Source: a virus (lineage: Duplodnaviria > Caudoviricetes). From it: a stretch of 64,000 bases of DNA. Below the pieces are notes generated by a model, which did not search any database, was not told where the DNA came from, and was given only the letters and a program-made list of their open reading frames with translations. Each line of letters opens with the position of its first letter. The first letter of the stretch is position 1. Where the stretch lies: positions 64,001 to 128,000 of IMG/VR virus record IMGVR_UViG_3300011008_000010. One strand, 5' to 3'. The position numbers were made by a program, and so were the translations under genes. Shown piece by piece: positions 30,701-40,045 of the stretch.

Positions 30701-32644
30701 TCTGGAGCTGTTACTGGATGGACTGGCAATCAAGGCACAAGACAATCTGGAGAAGCAATTGCCGCAGATGGTGATTATAATTCTAATATGATCTGGTATG
30801 ATCCGCAGGATAGCAGTAAAACTGTGAGATCTGAGTTGGATTTTAAGGCGTATGATGATCAGGTTTGGCATAGAGCCGATCCTTCTTTAACATGGAAAAA
30901 TGCGCCGAACTATTCTGCTGGGAACATTACAAATACGACCGATACCGAAATAGATAATCCAGCGTATATGGGCGTTATCAAACTTGGGAACATTGCTCTG
31001 ATTGCGAATTCATATTCGGCTGGTTTGTCTACTCCAACTAATTTATTCCCGTATAAAACAAAAATATATACTTCGAGATACAGATCTTATGAACAAGGTG
31101 CTCAATGGACATGGAAATGGACGACACCAATAAGACTGTTGGACACAGAGGATTTTGAATCACCGGCTTTTACCGGAGCACCAACCATTAATGGAAGTCG
31201 GATTGCAGTGGAATCTGTTGCAGGAGATAATTTAGGCCTTGTTAAAAATGGTGGCAACATTCTTATTGATTCAGAAGGAAAAATGAATTATTCATTGCCA
31301 ATTGCTACCTCTTCTATTTTGGGTGGAATAAAGGTTGGAAACGGTTTATCTATTTCTTCCGACGGAACATTATCAATATCTGGTGCTGTAACAAGTTTTA
31401 ATGGAAGAACCGGAAATATCGTTTCTGTTGACGGTGATTATAGTGCTACGCAAGTAACATATAATACGACAAAAAGCGTCAAGGATAAGTTTGATGAGAT
31501 AGATTCTGGTTTAGAATCGTTTTCAGATGGATCTGGCTTGCCAATGGCATCTGAAACACAAATAGGTGTGGTTAAGATTGGTGAAGGTATAAATATCGAT
31601 TCTGACGGGAAAATATCAATATCGGGATCAGTGACGACGTTCAATACTCGCACAGGGGACATCGTTCCTCAATACGGCGATTATGATGCATCATTGATAG
31701 AATATGGAACCAATAGTAACGTTAAAGATGAGTTAGATGGTATTTTAGATGGAACAAGGCTCCCAATAGCAGGACTTTCCAAGCTTGGAGCCGTCAAGTT
31801 AAATTCAGAAAGCTCTGTGACGATTGATGCAAATGGTAATATAGATGCCTTTGGTAAAAGAGCAAATTTATCTGTTTCTTCTTTGGATGACATACCTATA
31901 AACTCTGCTGGATTTGTTACTTATACTGGTTCTTCTCCAAGTTCTAAAACTGGTGCCTATATATGTTTGGCCATAAAAGGAACAAACCTAAATAGAGCTG
32001 TATATATTATAGAAGAAAATGAAAGAGGTATGTTGTTTTGGGGAAATACTACTCGCAAAACCCAAAGGATTTATGTATCATATGGACAAGAACACACATC
32101 ATCGATTAGTTGGTGCGATTGGATTGCTGTCGATAATTATGTACTTGATATATCTTCAGCAAAAACATATAGTCTCAATTCAACGATAAGTTCTTATTAT
32201 AAAACCACATATAATAGTTCCACATTTGAATGGACTGATTGGAATGGTGTGTCTTTAGACAACACGAATGGTGTAATCAGAACTTCTTTAGATGGAGAAG
32301 ATGTAGTCGCATCATATTTCAATGTCTCATATGGCAGAGATATGATCGGGGTAGCAAACAATTATAAAACAGCATATTCAAGATTTCCACTTACAATTGC
32401 TGCGTTTGGCAAAATCGGAACAGGGTCTCATGCGACAGATTTTAGATATGATGAAATATTAGATGGGTTGTATTATAACAGAGGGACGACGAACCATCGA
32501 ACAGAGAGATGGATCAAACTCCTCGATTCCGAGAATTACACAGACTATATTGGTGATACTTCAAACCTTTACAACACAGAAAATTACACAACAACAGAAA
32601 TAGACGACGCAATCCAGGCAACATTAAATGAGTTGGCCGCGTAA
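27767..32644 (+). CDS. long modular tail fibre (1625 aa)
   Basis: About 10 LPIAxxxxLGGIKVGxGLxI-type repeats, VxSFNGRxG..GDY repeats, SPAFTGxPT motifs. Confidence 0.75.
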   Translation: MAKVGKVQQKRWHLDGGIEVTSIQEDGDQKPSIYLGNYNVDNSPSLALVAYTGSYYDLVDYPDLSNFVVDGNYVHTDNNFTDEDKAKLGNMFNYTLPIATEKLLGGVKVGDHLEMRKDPKDDSNNPIKDRLSVIESDFIQVLNPKSIVTKFSDIPLDAAGQLGISPIYAPIETDKDVNGYYIRYNNMAFFSQDPQTDTKTLNGKTIKIEQEYLLKGGLWWTTKNAGQWIKVLDQFNIISFNDRVGKVYPVGMDDYLNESEDYDANMVGAMARSGHPGVWTVIKDEGRIVRQFWNGQTIDSLRTTDSGWARIGCLKWDSENKRFKPDPVNSPTGGIINGTFWKLDGLPTLPTYCANPYYPDTYRGNGKGSFFFMPDDQDRIWVKRGKNWEDNGWFYLEQLPIATRTRLGGIMVGAGLDITETGVLSVSGIVTSWTGKQGARRVNEVVAMNGDYDATMITFGSEWSNTANVDYELKRLLSLINTKAPINSPAFSGRPTTPTPGPNDNGTQIVNIAWVRNHVATELQNVVGYTLPVATTSTLGGIIVGNGLSINASGVLSVNLPSGSGNVVVDTSPNTSSQNPIANSAITQYVNNVDNKFDDYVLKLNGTAQNLTLTGNAKYVTLAKGTSNDYLATTKFVMEAIDEKISIINDGSGGSSVVINQYTLPPASASTRGGVRVNGDGIILKNTDQITVDVDYLNNGKLKYIRSEENLNIGTLNSIPMNSSGVTKLSAAYGPTSKDMTGYYLKYNAGNNVSSYILWFCDFETNDSYYFVHKSDNEYAWNKTFSVEGSSNFEDFDITKYAKLDSPSFTGTPTIISDYLNDPGYNGSGIATATFVQTAISYRLGQQDKASESKYGIVRIKPNGGIKVDNGVIEMDGVVSFNGRNGDVVPGSDDYNSTQIKYSGNVSGSTVKAAIDNLWSTKAASNNTKLTGVATLNNIPIATQSWVQAWQPIASTSSLGMIKIGNGLEIESDGTLKTSGAVTGWTGNQGTRQSGEAIAADGDYNSNMIWYDPQDSSKTVRSELDFKAYDDQVWHRADPSLTWKNAPNYSAGNITNTTDTEIDNPAYMGVIKLGNIALIANSYSAGLSTPTNLFPYKTKIYTSRYRSYEQGAQWTWKWTTPIRLLDTEDFESPAFTGAPTINGSRIAVESVAGDNLGLVKNGGNILIDSEGKMNYSLPIATSSILGGIKVGNGLSISSDGTLSISGAVTSFNGRTGNIVSVDGDYSATQVTYNTTKSVKDKFDEIDSGLESFSDGSGLPMASETQIGVVKIGEGINIDSDGKISISGSVTTFNTRTGDIVPQYGDYDASLIEYGTNSNVKDELDGILDGTRLPIAGLSKLGAVKLNSESSVTIDANGNIDAFGKRANLSVSSLDDIPINSAGFVTYTGSSPSSKTGAYICLAIKGTNLNRAVYIIEENERGMLFWGNTTRKTQRIYVSYGQEHTSSISWCDWIAVDNYVLDISSAKTYSLNSTISSYYKTTYNSSTFEWTDWNGVSLDNTNGVIRTSLDGEDVVASYFNVSYGRDMIGVANNYKTAYSRFPLTIAAFGKIGTGSHATDFRYDEILDGLYYNRGTTNHRTERWIKLLDSENYTDYIGDTSNLYNTENYTTTEIDDAIQATLNELAA

Positions 32645-32664
32645 CGGAAAGGATTTAATAATTT

Positions 32665-34392
32665 ATGGCAGATAATAATAAGGCTACAAGCCTGGATAAT
32701 GTAAAACAATATGTTAAAGGTGTTCTTCAAGGGTGGATTCCAAACAAGTCCACCCTTGATGCGTTGTCTACTGGAACAAATGGGGATTTGTTATATAATG
32801 GTCAGCCCATTGGTTCCGGAGATCCTATAACTGTGGATGCTGTCCTTAGTTCTGTTTCTGAAAATCCTGTTCAGAACAAAGTAATCTATGATGCTTTGCA
32901 AAATATAAGCGGCAGCGGAACTATTATAAGCGTCGATACTGTTTTAAGCGATACAAGCGAAAATCCGGTGCAAAATAAAGTAATTAAGTCTGCATTGGAT
33001 AATAAGGCAAATGCAAGTGACATACCTGATGTAAGCGGATTTGTAACTCAGTCGGCATTGACAGCGAAACAAGATGTATTAACATTTGACTCCTTTCCTA
33101 CCGCGAATAGTATAAATCCAGTAACAAGCGGAGGTGTGTATACCGCAATACAAAATATTCCAATTGCTACGCCGATTACTGTTGATACAACGCTTAATGC
33201 AACATCGGAAAATCCGGTGCAAAATAAAGCAATATATTCGGCCTTGCAAAATATTAGCGGCGGGACGCCTGCCATAGTAGACGCCGTGTTAGATTTAACG
33301 TCTGAAAATCCTGTCCAAAATAAAGTGATCAAAGAGGCGTTAGATAAGAAGGCGGATATATCTTCTATCCCAGATGTAAGTGGATTTGCTTTAACAAGCG
33401 ACATACCCGATATTTCCGGGAAACAAGATAAATTGACGTTTGATTTGACTCCTACCAAGAATAGTTCTAACCCAGTAACAAGTGACGGGATATATAATGC
33501 CTTGCAAAATGCGGGAACCGGAATCGGATGTGATGATACTCCTATGTCACAAATCAATCAAATGTTAATAGATATTTTTGGTGATGATAACCAGTCCGGG
33601 GTTAAAATTGTTTCGTTTGCAAGTGGGACAGATCAGGAACTTGCGGATATGCTCGCAGCTCATTATGCAGGCGACATTGACATTCATGATTATTGGTCTG
33701 TTGGTGATACAAGAACGGTTTCGTTGTCGGCTATGGACGCTACTTATGTAGGAGAGAGCCATGCTTCTCAAAGTGTAGAGATCGTGCTTGTTAATTCGGG
33801 CGGATATATGACGAGCGATAATAAGGAGTGTGCGTTTGTTTGGCAACAAAAAGATGGACTCGCGGAACCCGGATATATGAATCCTACTGCTACAAATAGT
33901 GGTAGTTGGACCGGTTCCGCAAGAAAAGCATGGTGTTCTTCTGTTTACAAAGAAGCTTTGCCGACAGGATTCAAAGATCTGTTAAAAGAATGTACAGTAA
34001 AAACCGCAGAGCCAAACCAAACAGGCGTTCTATATGATGAAACGCAAGAAGATATTTTCCTTGCGTCAATGACAGAAATAAATGGAACGATTATTGATTC
34101 TACGACCAATAACAATCTAACATGGCCAGATGGATACGAAGGAAACCAATGGGACTATTATAAGACAGAGACAAACAGGCATAATAAAAAGATGGGGACG
34201 ATTGCCAGCGATACCAGTACGAGACTTTTCTATTGGTTGAGGTCTCCAGACAGGGCAAGTGGCACTTCGTTTATGAGAAACCCGTCATGGACAAATCCAA
34301 CAAGACCAAAGGGAAGCCAAGCGGATTCTGCTTCTGTTACTACTACTGCTTATACATACTACTATATGATAGTCCCATGCGGATTTATTTAA
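32665..34392 (+). CDS. fibre/receptor-binding protein with DUF6273-like C-terminal domain
   Basis: SENPVQNK repeats; C-term GSWTGS.RKAW..IFLASMTEI..YEGNQWDYY..YWLRSP. Confidence 0.65.
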   Translation: MADNNKATSLDNVKQYVKGVLQGWIPNKSTLDALSTGTNGDLLYNGQPIGSGDPITVDAVLSSVSENPVQNKVIYDALQNISGSGTIISVDTVLSDTSENPVQNKVIKSALDNKANASDIPDVSGFVTQSALTAKQDVLTFDSFPTANSINPVTSGGVYTAIQNIPIATPITVDTTLNATSENPVQNKAIYSALQNISGGTPAIVDAVLDLTSENPVQNKVIKEALDKKADISSIPDVSGFALTSDIPDISGKQDKLTFDLTPTKNSSNPVTSDGIYNALQNAGTGIGCDDTPMSQINQMLIDIFGDDNQSGVKIVSFASGTDQELADMLAAHYAGDIDIHDYWSVGDTRTVSLSAMDATYVGESHASQSVEIVLVNSGGYMTSDNKECAFVWQQKDGLAEPGYMNPTATNSGSWTGSARKAWCSSVYKEALPTGFKDLLKECTVKTAEPNQTGVLYDETQEDIFLASMTEINGTIIDSTTNNNLTWPDGYEGNQWDYYKTETNRHNKKMGTIASDTSTRLFYWLRSPDRASGTSFMRNPSWTNPTRPKGSQADSASVTTTAYTYYYMIVPCGFI

Positions 34393-34404
34393 GAGGAATA
34401 AATT

Positions 34405-34584
34405 ATGAGCCATATAACTCCCGAAGAACTCGACAAGAGTTTGAGACGAGTAAAGCGGTATATAGATGAAAATGGAACCTATATATCTTCGGAACCAGAT
34501 GAAGATATCACGGCTATGATTAATGAGGTGTTTGGGTTTTCGAGCAGCTCAAATGGTTCGGGTGGTTCTAATGGGCAAGAATAA
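34405..34584 (+). CDS. small adaptor-like protein (59 aa, below ORF track cutoff)
   Basis: GAGG RBS; MSHITPEELDKSLRRVKRYID...EDITAMINEVFG; N-term resembles that of the 44933 gene. Confidence 0.6.
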   Translation: MSHITPEELDKSLRRVKRYIDENGTYISSEPDEDITAMINEVFGFSSSSNGSGGSNGQE

Positions 34585-34604
34585 CGATATAGAGGTGATT
34601 AATA

Positions 34605-35774
34605 ATGTCTATAATATACTTAGACAACGCAGCTACAACTCAAACATCACGGTATGTTTTTGAGCAAATGATGCCGTATTTAAAAGATCAATATGGAAAT
34701 CCAAGTTCTAATTATTCGTTAGGATTAAAAGCGCGAAAAGCAAAAGAAGCAGCCCGTGAAAAGGTTGCTTCCTTAATTAATGCAGAGCCGGAAGAAATAT
34801 TTTTTACTTCCGGAGCAACAGAGGCAAATAATTGGATGCTCCATTCTGTATTAGATGAATTTCGTGACATTGGGAGCATAATGATTTCCAATATTGAACA
34901 CGCTTCCATTTGGAGATCTCTCGAATATGCGACAAAAGACAGGTATCAAATTGTTCGTTGTTCTGGAACTGGAGAGATACATCCTTTTGCACTGGAAAGA
35001 AGATTCAGATCAAATAAAAAAAGGATTACTTTATTGTCAATTATGATGGTAAATAATGAAACCGGAGTAATCAATGATATTAAAAGTCTTGCAAAAGAAA
35101 GCCACTATATGTATGTACCTTTTCATACGGATGCTACACAGGCGCTTGGTCATATAAAAATAGATGTAAAGGATTTATGTGTGGATGCATTGTCCGGAAG
35201 CGCACATAAAATATATGGGCCTAAAGGAGTAGGGTTTTTGTATATAAGAAAAAGATCTACCTTATATGACATTGCTCATAGACACCCTTATATTATTGGT
35301 GGACATCAAGAGTCTGGATTGAGAGGCGGAACAGAAAACCTTGCAGGAATCGTTGGACTTGGAGCAGCATGCGAAGAAACAAAGATTTATCTCGGAGACA
35401 AGGATAAGGAATTCGGGCTTAAAAAAATGTCAAACAATATGTTGGATGTTTTAAAAAAGGAAGTTATTGCGCAGCTTAATAATGATGAAATTGTACGATC
35501 TGTGCCTACTTTGAGCGTGAGAATACCTGGCGTCAAGAACCATGAGTTAATTCAGCTTCTCGATGAGGAAAACGTGTGTGTTTCAGCGGGATCTGCATGT
35601 AATGAAAATCAAACAAAACCGTCACATGTATTGAGTTCTATGGGGATAAAAGAGAATGAAATAAACGAAACAATCAGGATTTCTATAGGGAGAAACAATA
35701 CGGAATCAGAGATTAAAACGGCTAGTGAAATAATCATAGATAAAGTTAAGACGTTGAAAACATTCAACGATTGA
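34605..35774 (+). CDS. iscS: cysteine desulfurase (IscS/NifS family, PLP-dependent)
   Basis: YLDNAATT, YGNPSS, FTSGATEANN, SAHKIYGPKG (PLP Lys), RGGTEN, SAGSAC (catalytic Cys). Confidence 0.92.
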   Translation: MSIIYLDNAATTQTSRYVFEQMMPYLKDQYGNPSSNYSLGLKARKAKEAAREKVASLINAEPEEIFFTSGATEANNWMLHSVLDEFRDIGSIMISNIEHASIWRSLEYATKDRYQIVRCSGTGEIHPFALERRFRSNKKRITLLSIMMVNNETGVINDIKSLAKESHYMYVPFHTDATQALGHIKIDVKDLCVDALSGSAHKIYGPKGVGFLYIRKRSTLYDIAHRHPYIIGGHQESGLRGGTENLAGIVGLGAACEETKIYLGDKDKEFGLKKMSNNMLDVLKKEVIAQLNNDEIVRSVPTLSVRIPGVKNHELIQLLDEENVCVSAGSACNENQTKPSHVLSSMGIKENEINETIRISIGRNNTESEIKTASEIIIDKVKTLKTFND

Positions 35775-35783
35775 GGTATCGGC

Positions 35784-36902
35784 ATGAATAGAATACCTAT
35801 TATTATACAAGGTGGGGGCGTTATAAATCAAAGCAGCGATGATTCAACTGTTTTATATAGTCTGAAGTATGACGCGTCCACCAACGAGCTTATTTTGGAG
35901 AAAGATGGAGTAGAGGATAATAGAATTAATATTACTCCCGATAACGGAAATCTTAAATTAATTCTTGTTACCGCCCTTCCGACGGAAAATATTCGGGAAG
36001 ATGCTATTTATCTTATTGAAGATAATTCTGAAGAAGACAATATTTATTCCGAATATATTTATGTTAATGGTAACTGGGAACGTTTTGGCAGTGCAAATAT
36101 TGATGTGTCCGGGATCTCTTCTGAATTAGAAGATGATTTAAATGTTTCAAAAGATGTTGGAGGCGTTATTTCTGGTACGAATTATCCAAAGGGGACGACA
36201 CTTGAAGAAATTTTAAGAGACGTGTTAAATCCGCTTGAAAATCCCAGACTCACTGCGCCAAGTGCCACTCTTAGCATCCAAGACGGAACGTTGTTTGAAA
36301 AAGGAACTACTGCAAATATCACGATAAACATTTCGTTTAACAGAGGATCTATTTCTCCTTCATATGGAACAAGTGGGTATAGATCCGGAGAGGCTGTTTC
36401 GTATGCTTTGAATAATGGAGCGGAACAAACTAATTCGACATTCTCGACAAATGTATCTGAAACCAATAATACATTTGTTGGTACAGTAAAATATAATGAA
36501 GGTGAACAGCCTAAGAATAGTGCCGGAGAAAATTATGATAACGCCTTGCAGGCAGGGCAAATTTCAACAAATACTGTAACATGTGAATTTGTTGATCCAA
36601 TTTGGTCAAATGCAGCAGATATTACTGCCATTACGAAAGAAACATTAGTAAGCAAGTCTGCAAAGTCAAAAATATTTGAGTTCCCCGCACAGACATTGAG
36701 TGACGTGGAAACATTTGATATTTCTGTTGATTGGGAGGTGACAGACATTCAAGTACTTAACCAGTTAAGTAACAAATACGAAGATTGTGCCTCAGAATTT
36801 ACAGTATCGGATGTAACGCATGGTTCTACTCAGTATAAGAGATATTCTGATAATCGTGGATATGAGGCTGGTCCACGAACAATAAAGGTTTTATGGAAGT
36901 AA
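35784..36902 (+). CDS. structural protein (head/tail fibre-like)
   Basis: LPTENI..IYL..YSEYIYVNGNWE module; GTTLEEILR and Ig-like strands. Confidence 0.5.
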   Translation: MNRIPIIIQGGGVINQSSDDSTVLYSLKYDASTNELILEKDGVEDNRINITPDNGNLKLILVTALPTENIREDAIYLIEDNSEEDNIYSEYIYVNGNWERFGSANIDVSGISSELEDDLNVSKDVGGVISGTNYPKGTTLEEILRDVLNPLENPRLTAPSATLSIQDGTLFEKGTTANITINISFNRGSISPSYGTSGYRSGEAVSYALNNGAEQTNSTFSTNVSETNNTFVGTVKYNEGEQPKNSAGENYDNALQAGQISTNTVTCEFVDPIWSNAADITAITKETLVSKSAKSKIFEFPAQTLSDVETFDISVDWEVTDIQVLNQLSNKYEDCASEFTVSDVTHGSTQYKRYSDNRGYEAGPRTIKVLWK

Positions 36903-36915
36903 GGAGGGGCTTGTA

Positions 36916-37797
36916 ATGGGCAGAAGAACAGGGACGTTGAATTTAACGTCCAATATAGAAGCCGTGGTTTCAGCACCTCTTGACGCAAGACTGGTTGTTG
37001 AAAACAAAGAGGAATTATTAGATGCGTCATCTTATCCATATAAATATATTGGAATGATTGTATCTGTTAAAGATGAAGGGGCAGCGTACATTCTAATAAA
37101 TGCAGATACGACAGATGCGGAATCTTGGAAAAAGATTACAACTGGAACAGATGGCGTATATGACTATTTGTTCTCTTGGGATCTTACTACGAAAGAATTG
37201 ATTTTAAATGAAGGAGAGCCGGACGAGCAGAGATTACGACTTTCAGGATTATCTTCTGCTCAAGACCTTATTTCTGGGTTAGATGAAAAAGTAGATAAAG
37301 TTGATGGAAAAGGACTTAGCCCCGAAGAATATACAACTGAGGAGAAAACGCTTCTTGCATCGTTGGCGGTAATCAAGAGTATTGGAAACGGATTGTTACT
37401 TGATTCCAACGGAAATTTAATGGCAATAAATAATATTGATTTATCTGATTATTACACAAGATCGGAAACAGATAGTATTATTTCAAACATCAACAGCCTT
37501 GATTTGGTAACGGTTGCCGCTCTTCCAACATCCGACATCAGAACAGATTGTATTTATCTTTTGAATGATTCGACAGATGAAGGCAATTTATATTCCGAAT
37601 ATGTCTATGTCAATGGTGATTGGGAGAAATTTGGCACAGCATCGGTGGATTTATCAGATTATTATACAAAAAGTGAAGTGGATACTGCGATTGCGTCTTC
37701 TTCGTCTTCTGTTGATGCTGCGTCTGATGATGATGTGCAAGATATTATCGATGATATATTTGGTGGCGGATCGGGCGTGGATCCGGAGGAACCTTGA
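36916..37797 (+). CDS. fibre-like structural protein
   Basis: APLDARLVV..YIGMIVSV, KVDKVDGKGLS, DLSDYYTKSE modules. Confidence 0.55.
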   Translation: MGRRTGTLNLTSNIEAVVSAPLDARLVVENKEELLDASSYPYKYIGMIVSVKDEGAAYILINADTTDAESWKKITTGTDGVYDYLFSWDLTTKELILNEGEPDEQRLRLSGLSSAQDLISGLDEKVDKVDGKGLSPEEYTTEEKTLLASLAVIKSIGNGLLLDSNGNLMAINNIDLSDYYTRSETDSIISNINSLDLVTVAALPTSDIRTDCIYLLNDSTDEGNLYSEYVYVNGDWEKFGTASVDLSDYYTKSEVDTAIASSSSSVDAASDDDVQDIIDDIFGGGSGVDPEEP

Positions 37798-37842
37798 CGC
37801 TTCTCACGGTTAAAACCGTTGGTTTTCTCGCCCGCATGATTC
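37794..37842 (-). mobile_element. collapsed IS605-like mini-element (49 bp)
   Basis: Minus strand TTTAT|GAATCATGCGGGCGAGAAAACCA-ACGGTTTTAACCGT hairpin-GAGAAGCGTCAA, ending in TCAA. Confidence 0.65.
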
Positions 37843-37903
37843 ATAAATAAATAAAGAAAGTAAGAATTGGCCGTAAGGTCTTTTTCAATGAGGTAAAACT
37901 AAT

Positions 37904-39106
37904 ATGGCCAACAAATTAGAATGGTACGGCGGTAACGGTGTCGTATCTATAGAGAAAATAAGGGAAGAAATAGAGAGACAAATTGCATATATAGCATTTG
38001 ACCTTTCTGAATATGCAAAAAAAGAAGATGTTCCACAGAATATCAGTGATCTAAATAATGATTCCGGGTATCAAACTGCCGCCGAAGTTGATTCTGCCAT
38101 TGATGCAAAACTTTCTGGATATCAGCCTGTTGTTACAATTGATGATACATTGTCTGATACGTCAGAAAATCCCGTACAAAATAAGGCTATTAAAGCCGCG
38201 TTGGATAGTATTTCGTTAAGTGGAGTCATTGTAGATTCTGTTATATCTGCCGATAGCGAAAACCCGGTACAAAACAAGATTATTGCAGGAGCTCTCGATG
38301 ATAAACAGGACAAATTGACGGCTGGAGATAGCATCAGCATTGAAAAGAATGCTGGGGGAGATACTGTAATTTCTTATACTGGAGAAATAGGTGGAATTAC
38401 GGAAGATCAAGCGAGGCAAATTGCAGCAGAACAAGCTGCTGAAAAAATTGCAGAAGGTAATTTTGCTAAAGTAGATGATATTCCGACAAACATTAGTGAC
38501 TTAAATGATGACGTAGGCTATGCCAAAACATCTGATATTCCGGACGAATATGATGATACTCAGATTAAAGCGGACATTGGAAAGGTTCAAGAGGATCTTG
38601 CGAACTATTATCTGAAGAATGAAACGTATTCAAAGGACGAGATAGACAACATTGTCGCGAATATTAACAGTTTGGATATTGTTGCCGTTACTACTCTTCC
38701 TACGCAGAATATTCGTAGCGACTGTATTTATCTCGTAAAGGATTCGCTTGTAGAAAACAATCTGTATAGTGAGTGGATTTATATTGATGATAAATGGGAA
38801 AAGTTTGGATCTGCTTTTATTGATACAAGCAATCTTGTAACAAAAGAAGACATTGAAACGGCGCTCGAAGATTATCCCACAAAAGACGAAATGGACATAT
38901 CCATTAGTGAGGCTGTTGGTGAAAAGGTTGGTTATACATGGACATGGAGCGCTTCCGAAAGACAGATGGAAGTTAAAGACGACATTCTTGGTGAAGTTCA
39001 GACTATCCCTATGAAGGAAATCGCTTTGCTTTCAGACCTTGAAGGTCTATCAGATAACGAGGCGGTTGAAACAACAGCGGCAGAAGTGGCCGCTTTGTTT
39101 GCGTAA
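37904..39106 (+). CDS. fibre-like structural protein
   Basis: ISDLNNDSGY, SENPVQNK x2, YDDTQIK, YSEWIYIDDKWE modules. Confidence 0.55.
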   Translation: MANKLEWYGGNGVVSIEKIREEIERQIAYIAFDLSEYAKKEDVPQNISDLNNDSGYQTAAEVDSAIDAKLSGYQPVVTIDDTLSDTSENPVQNKAIKAALDSISLSGVIVDSVISADSENPVQNKIIAGALDDKQDKLTAGDSISIEKNAGGDTVISYTGEIGGITEDQARQIAAEQAAEKIAEGNFAKVDDIPTNISDLNDDVGYAKTSDIPDEYDDTQIKADIGKVQEDLANYYLKNETYSKDEIDNIVANINSLDIVAVTTLPTQNIRSDCIYLVKDSLVENNLYSEWIYIDDKWEKFGSAFIDTSNLVTKEDIETALEDYPTKDEMDISISEAVGEKVGYTWTWSASERQMEVKDDILGEVQTIPMKEIALLSDLEGLSDNEAVETTAAEVAALFA

Positions 39107-39118
39107 TGGAGGTGAAAC

Positions 39119-39850
39119 ATGGCTGAAGGCGCAACAATTAAAGGTCGTGCTGATTACTCTAATTACGCGACAAAGACAGAACAGAAGGTAATTGCAGATC
39201 AAGTAAGCGCAGTTGTAAATGAAGTGAAGAATCTGCTTCCTAAGAGCAAGGAACATCCGGTAGCATCGGCACAGTATTATTCTGTGACGACTTCAAATGA
39301 CGGATGGATGTATGAAAGCGGAGCAGCCAATCGGAACGGAATAGATACGGCAAACTGTGTGGTTAATCTTAAAGCCGGTAAGTATATTTTATCTTATTGG
39401 GCAGAGAATGAACCGGCTGATCCATATTTTGTATGCAGCATGAGTTATCTGGATAATGGTGAAGGGAAATTCTTCTTCAGAGAAACAAGCCCATTATCTG
39501 AAGACCCTGATATATATATGGTATCTTTCTATGAATGGGAAGTAGATGTCCCGGAAGACAGAACGGTATATGTGTATTATCAGTTGGGCGGTGGATTTAG
39601 GTACAGAGCAATGTTGCGTCACGAATCTTTTACGGATAATACGTGGGCACCATATCAAATGGCAACAGAATCGAATGTAACTGAAGAAGTTGCGGAATAT
39701 ACACCACAGACGGATACAAGCGATGCTGTTTCCGGAACTCTTCCTGCGCCGTCTTCTAAAGTATTATCTTTCTTTGGGTCTGATGGTAAATGGTATACGG
39801 TTGAGGAACTTTGTACTTTAATCACCGGATCAGATCCTGACGAACCATAA
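39119..39850 (+). CDS. hypothetical structural protein (carbohydrate-binding-like)
   Basis: KNLLP...LKAGKYILS...WAPYQ pattern of phage fibre beta-sandwich domains. Confidence 0.45.
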   Translation: MAEGATIKGRADYSNYATKTEQKVIADQVSAVVNEVKNLLPKSKEHPVASAQYYSVTTSNDGWMYESGAANRNGIDTANCVVNLKAGKYILSYWAENEPADPYFVCSMSYLDNGEGKFFFRETSPLSEDPDIYMVSFYEWEVDVPEDRTVYVYYQLGGGFRYRAMLRHESFTDNTWAPYQMATESNVTEEVAEYTPQTDTSDAVSGTLPAPSSKVLSFFGSDGKWYTVEELCTLITGSDPDEP

Positions 39851-39863
39851 GGAGGATTAAAGC

Positions 39864-40034
39864 ATGAAAATTGTAGAGGGCTTTGATCCGAGAGAGAAGT
39901 TGCAGGATGGCAAGATAGTTATTGTTCATAACAGGAAGATTCGGTTTACAGGTGGCGATTTATATCCTTCTGATGATCTGTATCCTGCCGAAGATTTGTA
40001 TCCTAGCGATACGAAAAATCCTAACAATAATTAA
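39864..40034 (+). CDS. small protein with DLYP repeats (56 aa, below track cutoff)
   Basis: GGAGG RBS; GDLYPSDDLYPAEDLYPS. Confidence 0.6.
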   Translation: MKIVEGFDPREKLQDGKIVIVHNRKIRFTGGDLYPSDDLYPAEDLYPSDTKNPNNN

Positions 40035-40045
40035 AGGAATATATT

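Noticed and set aside
34605-35774. Dnd/Ssp phosphorothioation operon
   Set aside because: No dndBCDE or ssp homologs recognisable in the window; only the desulfurase is present
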